A DNA stretch of 35,382 nucleotides, taken from Hadesarchaea archaeon (lineage in GTDB: Archaea; Hadarchaeota; Hadarchaeia; Hadarchaeales; Hadarchaeaceae). Shown piece after piece: positions 25,893-33,351 of the stretch. Position 1 is the first letter of the stretch. Each line of letters opens with the position of its first letter. The notes under the pieces were generated by a model. That model was not told where the DNA came from, made no database searches, and was given only the letters and a program-made list of their open reading frames with translations. Position numbers and translations under genes: made by a program. The stretch covers positions 1 to 35,382 of the forward strand of contig JACIWF010000002.1 in NCBI GenBank assembly GCA_014361095.1, read 5' to 3'.

Positions 25893-26087
25893 TTGGACCG
25901 GTTGGAACCAGACGGTGCGAGGTGGGGATTTTCCAGGGTAAAAAACGAGGGCGACAAAAAGGCACTTTTATCGGTTCTCAAGACGATGTCCCAAGCGACG
26001 CCCCGGCTAACTTGGATCATGTACGATGAATCTAACGGCGGTCATGAGCTGGTGCTGAAGGGCGGCTCGTCGGTGGGCAGCGGTTAA
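25893..26087 (+). CDS. Hypothetical protein; the frame is open from 25674 but the first canonical start is the TTG at 25893
   Basis: The track ORF is 64 aa. The same frame is stop-free for 73 further codons upstream and reads protein-like there (...LEAVTPDELRQLIRIKEKFNENRNYWERIKLWRKSDI...). Oligo-T tracts follow the stop. Confidence 0.3.
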   Translation: MDRLEPDGARWGFSRVKNEGDKKALLSVLKTMSQATPRLTWIMYDESNGGHELVLKGGSSVGSG

Positions 26088-26106
26088 TTTATGCCAAGTG
26101 ACGGTA

Positions 26107-26135
26107 TTTTTTAGTCCAGTTTCTTTGACTTTTTT
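26107..26135 (+). terminator. Two oligo-T tracts (T6 at 26107-26112 and 26130-26135): candidate archaeal intrinsic terminator
   Basis: Archaeal RNA polymerase terminates at T runs of 5 or more. These lie 20-48 nt after the stop at 26087 and before the next gene. Confidence 0.3.
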
Positions 26136-26203
26136 AAGAAGATTCCATCACACATCACCGGAAAAGAAATTAAAACAGCGTATCTCAATTTTGGTACGAT
26201 TGG

Positions 26204-26890
26204 ATGGCACTCCTGAAGAAAATTGTCGACAGCTATATGAGAAAGGTCGTCGGTGTTAAAACACTCTGCAACAGGTGCCTCAGTACAAAAAGATGGGGAG
26301 GCAACGTGGTGCTAATGGTTGTGGACGCGGCCTTTACCTCCATTGGGTTGAACTATTTCACCGCGGTTGTACCCAAAGTCGAAGAGTTCAATCAGAAATT
26401 TGTGAAAACGGGAAAGATAAAAGACCTCTCCGACCTTGCTAAGGCGGATATTAACGAACTCAGAAAAGTGTGGCGCAACGTGAGGTCATGGAAAGTTGCC
26501 CAAGAAATCGCCTCCTATCTATCCACGTTGGGTGACGACAGAACTGCCCTCCGAAGCTGGGCGAAAAGTTCCCGTCTTGAAAAGTGGTGGGAAGATCCGA
26601 TCGGTAGAATCAAAGGAGTCGGCTTGATCACCTTTCAATATCTCCGGATGATGGGCGGCGTCGATACCGTGATGCCGGACAAAATTGTCAAGCGAGTGAT
26701 TAACGAAATTTTGGCGCTTGCCGGCGAGCCACCGGTAACCGACGACAGGGGATTTATTAAAAAGGCCGAAGAGGTTGCCATCGCCTGCGGATACCGGCCT
26801 ATAGAACTGTGCTGGATGACTTGGCTTGTCCAGCCGGAGGGTAAAATCATGAGAATGAAAAAGTACCGGAGTATATTTTCCAAAATATAA
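26204..26890 (+). CDS. Hypothetical protein with helix-hairpin-helix motif; possible divergent HhH-GPD-type DNA glycosylase
   Basis: 228 aa with an ATG start. IGRIKGVGLITFQYLRMMGGVDTVMPDKIVKRVI aligns by eye to the EndoIII/MagIII pattern (L)xGVGxxT...(V)D(T/K)xxxRV. The N-terminal VVLMVVDAAFTSIGLNYF resembles the first helix block of the superfamily. Confidence 0.45.
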   Translation: MALLKKIVDSYMRKVVGVKTLCNRCLSTKRWGGNVVLMVVDAAFTSIGLNYFTAVVPKVEEFNQKFVKTGKIKDLSDLAKADINELRKVWRNVRSWKVAQEIASYLSTLGDDRTALRSWAKSSRLEKWWEDPIGRIKGVGLITFQYLRMMGGVDTVMPDKIVKRVINEILALAGEPPVTDDRGFIKKAEEVAIACGYRPIELCWMTWLVQPEGKIMRMKKYRSIFSKI

Positions 26891-26939
26891 ACAGGTTAAA
26901 CTGATAAATCTTTGACGATTGAGAACTTTTGGTAATCAG

Positions 26940-27674
26940 ATGAAGTTGGTAGACTGTCACGCCCACCTTGAAGAAGTACCGGAGCTTGACCTTGAAATCG
27001 GAAGAGCCAGGGCAAACGGTGTAGAGGCCATCATAGCAGTTGGCTCTGATAAAAAATCCAACGAAGCCGTGCTGCGGATTTCCGAGAATTACCCAAACTA
27101 CATCTACCCTGCTCTTGGACTGCATCCGTGGAACTTGCGCGACCAAATCGACGAAGAAATACAATTCATCGAGAAAAACATTGAAAGATGCATCGCACTC
27201 GGTGAGGTGGGGCTGGATTTCAAATATCAAACCCCCAAAGATCTGCAGATAAAAGCCTTCGCCCGCATACTTGACCTGTCACAACGCTACGATAAACCTA
27301 TCATCGTGCACTCCCGCTGGGCTTGGCGCGAGGCATTTGAAATGGTCCAAGGAGCAGGGATCAAACGAGCTGTTTTTCACTGGTACAGTGGCCCGTTGGA
27401 TGTTCTGCGGGAAATTCTTGCGCACGAATATTATCTTTCGGCCACCCCTGCGGCTGAATTCAGCGAGGCACACCGAATGGCAATAAAAGAGGCGCCGCTC
27501 GAAAGGCTTTTGCTGGAAACTGATTCTCCGGTAAAATATCGCGGCGTTGCTTCCACGCCCAGTCACGTTCTCAAAACGCTGAAGGCCGTGGCAAAGCTGA
27601 AGGGAGTAGCTGAAACAGAAGTGGCTGAAATAACGACTAAAAACGCTGGGAAAGTCTTTGGAATTAAAATTTAA
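26940..27674 (+). CDS. tatD: TatD-family metal-dependent nuclease/hydrolase
   Basis: MKLVDCHAHL, ALGEVGLDF, IIVHSR, FHWYSG and LLETDSP motifs. The ATG at 26940 is preferred over the TTG at 26919. Confidence 0.9.
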   Translation: MKLVDCHAHLEEVPELDLEIGRARANGVEAIIAVGSDKKSNEAVLRISENYPNYIYPALGLHPWNLRDQIDEEIQFIEKNIERCIALGEVGLDFKYQTPKDLQIKAFARILDLSQRYDKPIIVHSRWAWREAFEMVQGAGIKRAVFHWYSGPLDVLREILAHEYYLSATPAAEFSEAHRMAIKEAPLERLLLETDSPVKYRGVASTPSHVLKTLKAVAKLKGVAETEVAEITTKNAGKVFGIKI

Positions 27675-27675
27675 T

Positions 27676-29037
27676 TTAACGCATCCTCTTTAAAACCTTC
27701 GCCGCTTTCTTCAGAATCTCCTCTGCGCGGCCAGGAGTTCTCGCCTCAGCTGTCAACCGTATGTACGGCTCAGTGCCCGACGCCCTGACCAGCACCCAGC
27801 CATCCAACAGCTCCACCCTAACTCCGTCAACTTTGAGGACACCGATCGTCTCACTGAATTCCTTGACTAGCTTCTTAGAAACTGCGGACATCACCTTGGC
27901 CTTCTTCTCCTCCGGGCAGGCAAGCTTCTCACGGAGCATGTAGTACTGCGGCAGGGGTTCGAGAAGCTCCGAAATCTTCTTTTCGGAAACGTCCAAAAGT
28001 TCCAAAACCTTCAACGCGCCAAGCAGACCTTCGGGAGCCATGCTGAAGCGCGGGAAAATCCAGGCACCGCAGGGCTCACCACCGAACACGGCACCGCGAC
28101 GATTGATCTCAGCCGCAACGCTAACATCACCGACTTTAGTTCTGACGACCTTGCCCCCGCCATTGACCACAACTTCGTCAACAACTTTGGAGGCATCGAC
28201 GGTGGTAACTATCACGTCGCCTTTTTTAGTCAGCTGGCTTGAGGCCACTATTGCCAGAACTTCATCTCCTGAAGCTACTGAACCATTCTCGCTGACGATT
28301 ACAACCCTGTCTGCGTCACCATCGTGGGCGATACCCAAATCGGACTCCGTTGACCTCACCACCCGGCACAGCTCGACCAGATTCTCTGAGCTGGGTTCAA
28401 GCGGTCGCCCCGGAAAAAGCCCATCGGGTTGAGAGTTCAAGGAGATCACCTTACAGCCGGCCTCTCGAAGCATCCTTGGGGTCACTAGTGAGGCTGCCCC
28501 GTTCCCGCAATCAACCACGACTTTATAATCGCGAGAAAGTTGAACTGTACCGACAAGAGCCTCAATATAATCTTCTAAAATATCCAGATCTTCCACTTCG
28601 CCGATTTCCTTCCAAGATGCCTGACGCCACTTTTTTCCAAAATAAATCCTCTCCACTTTGCTCTCTAGTCCAGGCGTATACGCCATCCCAGAGGAATCAA
28701 AGAACTTCACCCCGTTGTACTCAGGTGGGTTGTGAGAAGCCGTAATCATCGCGCCTGCCTTTGCCCGCAAACTTTTAACGGCAAAGCTGACCGCCGGCGT
28801 TGGCACCACACCCAAGCGCTTTACATCACAGCCTCCGGAAAGCAGACCGGAAATCAAACACCCCTCAAGCATGTCACTTGACGTTCTAGGATCTTTACCC
28901 ACCACGACGGTTCCAGAATTGCCCAGCAGAGAGGCAAGAGATTGTCCCAGACCGATAACAATTTCTGGGGTGATCTGTTTTCCCACCAGCCCGCGAACTC
29001 CGGAGGTTCCGAAGAGCCGCCCCATGGGACCATCCAA
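27676..29037 (-). CDS. glmM: Phosphoglucosamine mutase / phosphohexomutase
   Basis: ITASHNPPEYNGVKF (phosphoserine loop), GIAHDGDADR (Mg site), GGEPCG; 453 aa. Confidence 0.9.
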   Translation of the reverse strand: MDGPMGRLFGTSGVRGLVGKQITPEIVIGLGQSLASLLGNSGTVVVGKDPRTSSDMLEGCLISGLLSGGCDVKRLGVVPTPAVSFAVKSLRAKAGAMITASHNPPEYNGVKFFDSSGMAYTPGLESKVERIYFGKKWRQASWKEIGEVEDLDILEDYIEALVGTVQLSRDYKVVVDCGNGAASLVTPRMLREAGCKVISLNSQPDGLFPGRPLEPSSENLVELCRVVRSTESDLGIAHDGDADRVVIVSENGSVASGDEVLAIVASSQLTKKGDVIVTTVDASKVVDEVVVNGGGKVVRTKVGDVSVAAEINRRGAVFGGEPCGAWIFPRFSMAPEGLLGALKVLELLDVSEKKISELLEPLPQYYMLREKLACPEEKKAKVMSAVSKKLVKEFSETIGVLKVDGVRVELLDGWVLVRASGTEPYIRLTAEARTPGRAEEILKKAAKVLKRMR

Positions 29038-29049
29038 ATTAAAAATGAC

Positions 29050-29658
29050 CTACTGGCTCTTAACCTGCTCTGGAACCGGCCGGCTCAAGAGCTTGCTCTT
29101 GTAAACTTCAACCCTGCGAATGGGACAGTACTTCCTAGCCTCTTTATAGATGTCCGCTGAAAGTTTACCCAGCACCGCTTCCTGGACAAATTGATCCAAG
29201 GTTCTCTCGGCCGCTCTGGACTCAACCACTTTCCTCATGTCCTTGTGAATGAGGTCGAGCTTGGTGCTCTGAACTCGCCTGAGGGTGGTCACCATCGAGG
29301 TAATCCTGAGCTTGTAGCCATCCTTTGTGGTCACCGTCGCAATGTCATCAACTTTGCCAGCTCTCCTTCTGACCTGACTCCGGATATAGTCGCGGGCCAT
29401 CTCATGTCCAATGAAATCAGTCAGCGCTTGTCTATCTCTGACCTCCCTTACCTGAAAATACAGCTTGATGTGGGACTTGGAAAAATCCTCGATCAGATCC
29501 CCGAGCGTGGTCTCAAAGACGCGTCCCACCAGCTGTTCAGGCTCTGAAGCCAGAGTTTCCCCGATCTTCTGGCTGCCAAACATCGGGGGCGCCACTACCT
29601 CGAACCACCCCTTCTCCCGCCAGCTTTTCTTCACTATTCGCTTTTTTTCCTCCGCCAT
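29050..29658 (-). CDS. rps3ae: 30S ribosomal protein S3Ae (eS1)
   Basis: KKSWREKGWFEVVAPPMFG... signature. The ATG overlaps the SerRS stop (TAATG). Confidence 0.95.
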   Translation of the reverse strand: MAEEKKRIVKKSWREKGWFEVVAPPMFGSQKIGETLASEPEQLVGRVFETTLGDLIEDFSKSHIKLYFQVREVRDRQALTDFIGHEMARDYIRSQVRRRAGKVDDIATVTTKDGYKLRITSMVTTLRRVQSTKLDLIHKDMRKVVESRAAERTLDQFVQEAVLGKLSADIYKEARKYCPIRRVEVYKSKLLSRPVPEQVKSQ

Positions 29659-31163
29659 TATTCAACCACCTTTGCCACGGGCGGCAGTGAACCGACCCGT
29701 TCTCTTACCGGATCAGGCCACCGCGAGGGTTCAAAGCCATGCTGGGCGAGGAAACCCACCACCCAGCGGCTCGTCCCAAAGCCGCAGCAGCCCGTCCAAA
29801 CCTGCCGACCTTTGACCTCTTTTATTTTAAAGGTTTCCACGAACTTGGTTTTATGCACATTATAGGAGCCTATTTCTAGCCAGCTGCCATCATAGGGCAG
29901 CAGAACCTCAACGTCATATGTGGCCACCTTGCTGCTGTCACTTCCATCGCCGACCACGCCTTCCCTCATATAAAATGGCGTGGCAACCAAGAGCCTCCAT
30001 TCCATCTTCAATTTGTCCAACACTCTGATGCTCCTCTCGACAACTGCATCACGAATTGAAACGACATCCTCAGGAGAACCGAGAAAGACGAACTCGACGC
30101 GACGAAATTCTTGGGTCCTGAGCAAGCCCTCGACACCGCCGCCCTCCCAGCGGTACGTCCAGCCACTGCGGTCAAACTGCTTCACAGGAAGGTCCTCAAT
30201 TCTAACGTGGCTGAAGGCAAAGGTCTCGTAGAATGGCTCACACTGCGCCGGAGCCAGCACATAAGCCGGCTCCTTCAGGATTCTCTTAAGTTCTTCAACC
30301 GGGACCCGCTTGGTGAGCTTGAGTTTCTGTTTGAAATCCTTAAAGGCCTCCGGATCTCTCGGTGGGGGGGAGACATAATACATGCCTTCAGGCACCCCAT
30401 CAAGATAGCCCGGCATTCTCTGCATCACCTCAAGCGGGATAAGCTTGGGCAACATTACTTCTTCAAACTTTAATGGCCGGGCCACCTCCTCAATTATAAT
30501 ATCCTCAATTGCCCGAAGCAGCTTTGCATATGGCTCCTCATAGATCCACTGGCCGCGACCGGGAAAATCCCTGATCCAGCCCAGCTTTTTGGCAACCTCA
30601 AAGGGGTTCTCCTTGAAAGAATGGGAAAGTTTCGGCCCTTCTCTGACGACCTTTGGCTCGGTGACCTTTGCCGACACCCGCGAGATAACCTCTTCAACCA
30701 TCGATACCAGCCTATCAACCACCCTGTTTCTCAGGTCTGCTTCGCCAACTTCTTTCAGTTGTATTTCAACCGAAGATTCTCCAACCGTTACTTCATAGGG
30801 CAACTTCTTTATCTCGGCCAATGCCTCTGCTGGCGCCTCGGCGATCGGTAATAAAATCCGGTACTCTTTAGCAGATGTTCCTCTAAGGCCCATCTTGTGT
30901 CTCTTGCCCAGCTCGGTGGCTAAAAGCTTGGCAAGACGGAGAAGTGCATCGTGCGCCCTTACATAGCGCCCTGATTCCAGTTCCAACTCCAGCTCATTTG
31001 CGATGGTACGCCATCCGCTGATTCTCGCGGCCTCCGTTTCTTTACCCTTTGGTGCCCCTTTGGTGAGTAGAGGCCCAGCCGCATCTAGAATCGCTCGGAT
31101 CTCATCTTCCAAGCCCTTGAGATCGCCGCTAAACGCCAGCCTAGCTTTCAGTTCAAATCTCAC
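29658..31163 (-). CDS. serS: Type-2 (methanogen-type) seryl-tRNA synthetase
   Basis: SGRYVRAHDALLRL, LKEVGEADLRNRVVDRL, VKQFDRSGWTYRWEGGGVEGLLRTQEFRRVEFVFLG and GCCGFGTSRWVVGFLAQHGF parallel the atypical SerRS of methanogens (e.g. Methanosarcina barkeri). 501 aa. GTG start. Confidence 0.9.
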   Translation of the reverse strand: MRFELKARLAFSGDLKGLEDEIRAILDAAGPLLTKGAPKGKETEAARISGWRTIANELELELESGRYVRAHDALLRLAKLLATELGKRHKMGLRGTSAKEYRILLPIAEAPAEALAEIKKLPYEVTVGESSVEIQLKEVGEADLRNRVVDRLVSMVEEVISRVSAKVTEPKVVREGPKLSHSFKENPFEVAKKLGWIRDFPGRGQWIYEEPYAKLLRAIEDIIIEEVARPLKFEEVMLPKLIPLEVMQRMPGYLDGVPEGMYYVSPPPRDPEAFKDFKQKLKLTKRVPVEELKRILKEPAYVLAPAQCEPFYETFAFSHVRIEDLPVKQFDRSGWTYRWEGGGVEGLLRTQEFRRVEFVFLGSPEDVVSIRDAVVERSIRVLDKLKMEWRLLVATPFYMREGVVGDGSDSSKVATYDVEVLLPYDGSWLEIGSYNVHKTKFVETFKIKEVKGRQVWTGCCGFGTSRWVVGFLAQHGFEPSRWPDPVRERVGSLPPVAKVVE

Positions 31164-31220
31164 TTGATCGCCAAAAACCTAATCGTCCATCAGATATGAA
31201 AAGCTTGTCCTCGACCCCAG

Positions 31221-31694
31221 CTATCGATTCTTTAGCTTAGCTGCAATCATCCTGCCGAACTCAACTGCCTTAGCCAGCCCCTCTTCGGAAACCGGTCCCT
31301 TCATACCCCGGACCCTTACGGACAAACCAGGAGACAGCACCTCGGCGCCCGGGATCTTTTCAGCTATCCTTTTTTCCAGCTTTTTCACCGCCTTTTCAAA
31401 ATCACCGCCAAGATATGTGTCAAACGCGGCGAATACCTTGCCCTCTAAGCCCTGCTTTCCCAGCGCATCAATGAATTTTCTGACCCCACGAGTCGGCCCC
31501 CCGATGTGATTGGGAGAACCGATCATAATGACATCATATTTCTGAAGGCTGCCCAGGTCCACCTCTTTTATTTCACAGACGTCTGGTTTCAATCCCCTGA
31601 CCTTTTTCATCCCCTCGGTAATTTTTTCAGCAACCAGCTTAGTGTTGCCGTATTTTGACTCATACGCGATCAATATCTTAACCAACTTAACCAC
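31221..31694 (-). CDS. Flavodoxin-like protein
   Basis: KILIAYESKYGNTKLVAE (FMN phosphate loop), VIMIGSPNHIGG; 157 aa; GTG start. Confidence 0.8.
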   Translation of the reverse strand: MVKLVKILIAYESKYGNTKLVAEKITEGMKKVRGLKPDVCEIKEVDLGSLQKYDVIMIGSPNHIGGPTRGVRKFIDALGKQGLEGKVFAAFDTYLGGDFEKAVKKLEKRIAEKIPGAEVLSPGLSVRVRGMKGPVSEEGLAKAVEFGRMIAAKLKNR

Positions 31695-31772
31695 CCGGTT
31701 TAGTTTTTTTCTCTTTTCAAATAATCATTTAGCTATTGAAGAATCGTGGGCAGATCGTCCAAAAGGTTGATT

Positions 31773-32015
31773 CTAAAACATGCTTTCCCCAGTCAAGGTA
31801 CAAAAGAGCAGGTCATCAATTGTAGCCAATAGTGTTTCCAGTCTTCCTTCCAGTTTAATCGAACTAATCACCTTATTTCCACTGACCACCGTCGAAACCA
31901 ACAAACCGCTTGGAAGCTCCCGATTATCCGGACCGAGAGCTTTGGCAATCGCCCTGGCTATCTTACTGTTCCTATATCTGCAGGTGATTGTGGCTTGCAT
32001 TTTCATTATCATCAC
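31773..32015 (-). CDS. Small Pcc1-fold-like protein (candidate Pcc1 paralogue)
   Basis: 80 aa. The pattern QATITCRY / SKIARAIAKALGPDN / LLVSTVVSGNKVISSIKLEG / RLETLLATIDDLLFCTLTGE mirrors the beta-alpha-beta-beta-alpha layout of Pcc1. It overlaps the 3' end of the upstream RecJ-like gene by 29-44 nt, depending on which Met is used. Confidence 0.4.
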   Translation of the reverse strand: MMIMKMQATITCRYRNSKIARAIAKALGPDNRELPSGLLVSTVVSGNKVISSIKLEGRLETLLATIDDLLFCTLTGESMF

Positions 32016-33351
32016 CCTTAAGAAGTGCTCCGATATTTTCTGTTTGTGTCTCCTGAAAATGCTCCTTCATCATCAAAATAAGTTCCCTCACGGCCGAATA
32101 TAGCGGAAGTGATTTACTGGTGAAACACTCCGCTGCATCGACATGGCCTCCCCCCTCAATCCCACCAATTTCAGGATAAAGCCTTCGCAGACGATCGGCT
32201 AGTTGATAGCAAATTCTGCTACAATCAATTATCCCGCCTCCACCCCTCATCGAGATGTGGACACCATTCTTCTTCGGGCAAACAACGACGATCATTGTTT
32301 CTGTATGGCCAAAAGCCCTTTTTAGCGGTTCTAGCTGTGTGGAGGCCACATAAGGCAATACCGCAGGGAATGGTGCTGACTGCAAACGATCGGCTTCTCT
32401 AGCAAATATCAGATAAACTCCGACATTTTGAATCTCACCCAAAAAAATCGGGCTCTTGACTCTGAGCTCAATCAGATCCCAATCGTGGCGGAAATCGGCC
32501 AAGGCACGCAGGATGGCTCTTCCAGCAGGGGCCGCTTCCAAAAAATCTTCGAGATTTCTGAACAACAATGGGCTTGCTGCCGCCAGATTATTAAGGAAAC
32601 CCAGCACCAGCTCCTGACCCGAACGACCGAACGCTGAAATATCTCCATAGTAATGAGCCAACGTTCCCGCATGTAGCGCCTCGGCAATCTGATTGATGAG
32701 AGCCGTTCGCCTTCTGTCCCTTATATCGTACATCGTCGGGCGTCCCAGTCGTGTCTTGAAAAACCGAGGGTACATTTTCATCAGACGTTCAATAAAAGGA
32801 CGGACAAAATCGGCGTACTTTTGTTCAACCGGGTCAAAGGTGAAATCTCCTCTGCAGCCAACCAAGGCAACGAAATCATCGTATTCATCGGTCGAAGTTA
32901 TCTGAGTCGCAAGCATATGACAAAGCAGTGACGCAGCGGTGGTAACGTGCCGTTCCATCGAGGGGTTGAAAATAACTGCCTTCTCCGGATTTCCGTCCGG
33001 CGTGTGGTGATCAACGATTAAAATATTTTCTGCCTTTTCTAAAAAGCCATCATAACTGGCAAAAGTTCCCTTATCCGAGATTATCAGCAGATCAACATCG
33101 TCTCCCACCGTCGCCTCCAGCGTCTCTCGTGACAGTTTAAATTCCTCAGGTAGCATTGTCGTTACCTTAAATCCAAACCGTCGAAATAGCCGCTGGAGGA
33201 TATAAGCACAAGCAACACCGTCGAGGTCATGATGGGAAAAGTTAACTACCTTCAGCTCCTTCCGTTGAACTAGTTTCTCTATTAACTCAGCCGATCTGGC
33301 AAAGCCTGCATCATGCTCCAACAAGGATGTTATTTGCTGACGATAGTTCAT
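31972..33351 (-). CDS. DHH/DHHA1 phosphoesterase, RecJ-like paralogue B
   Basis: NFSHHDLDGVA (motif I), LIISDKG (II), LIVDHHTPDG (III) and IEGGGHVDAAE (DHHA1 GGGH). 459 aa. The start overlaps the stop of paralogue A (ATGA). Confidence 0.75.
   Translation of the reverse strand: MNYRQQITSLLEHDAGFARSAELIEKLVQRKELKVVNFSHHDLDGVACAYILQRLFRRFGFKVTTMLPEEFKLSRETLEATVGDDVDLLIISDKGTFASYDGFLEKAENILIVDHHTPDGNPEKAVIFNPSMERHVTTAASLLCHMLATQITSTDEYDDFVALVGCRGDFTFDPVEQKYADFVRPFIERLMKMYPRFFKTRLGRPTMYDIRDRRRTALINQIAEALHAGTLAHYYGDISAFGRSGQELVLGFLNNLAAASPLLFRNLEDFLEAAPAGRAILRALADFRHDWDLIELRVKSPIFLGEIQNVGVYLIFAREADRLQSAPFPAVLPYVASTQLEPLKRAFGHTETMIVVVCPKKNGVHISMRGGGGIIDCSRICYQLADRLRRLYPEIGGIEGGGHVDAAECFTSKSLPLYSAVRELILMMKEHFQETQTENIGALLKGDDNENASHNHLQI

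Noticed and set aside
26847-27230. 127-aa minus-strand ORF
   Set aside because: It is antisense to the TatD 5' region and the HhH gene end. TatD motifs are unambiguous on the plus strand.
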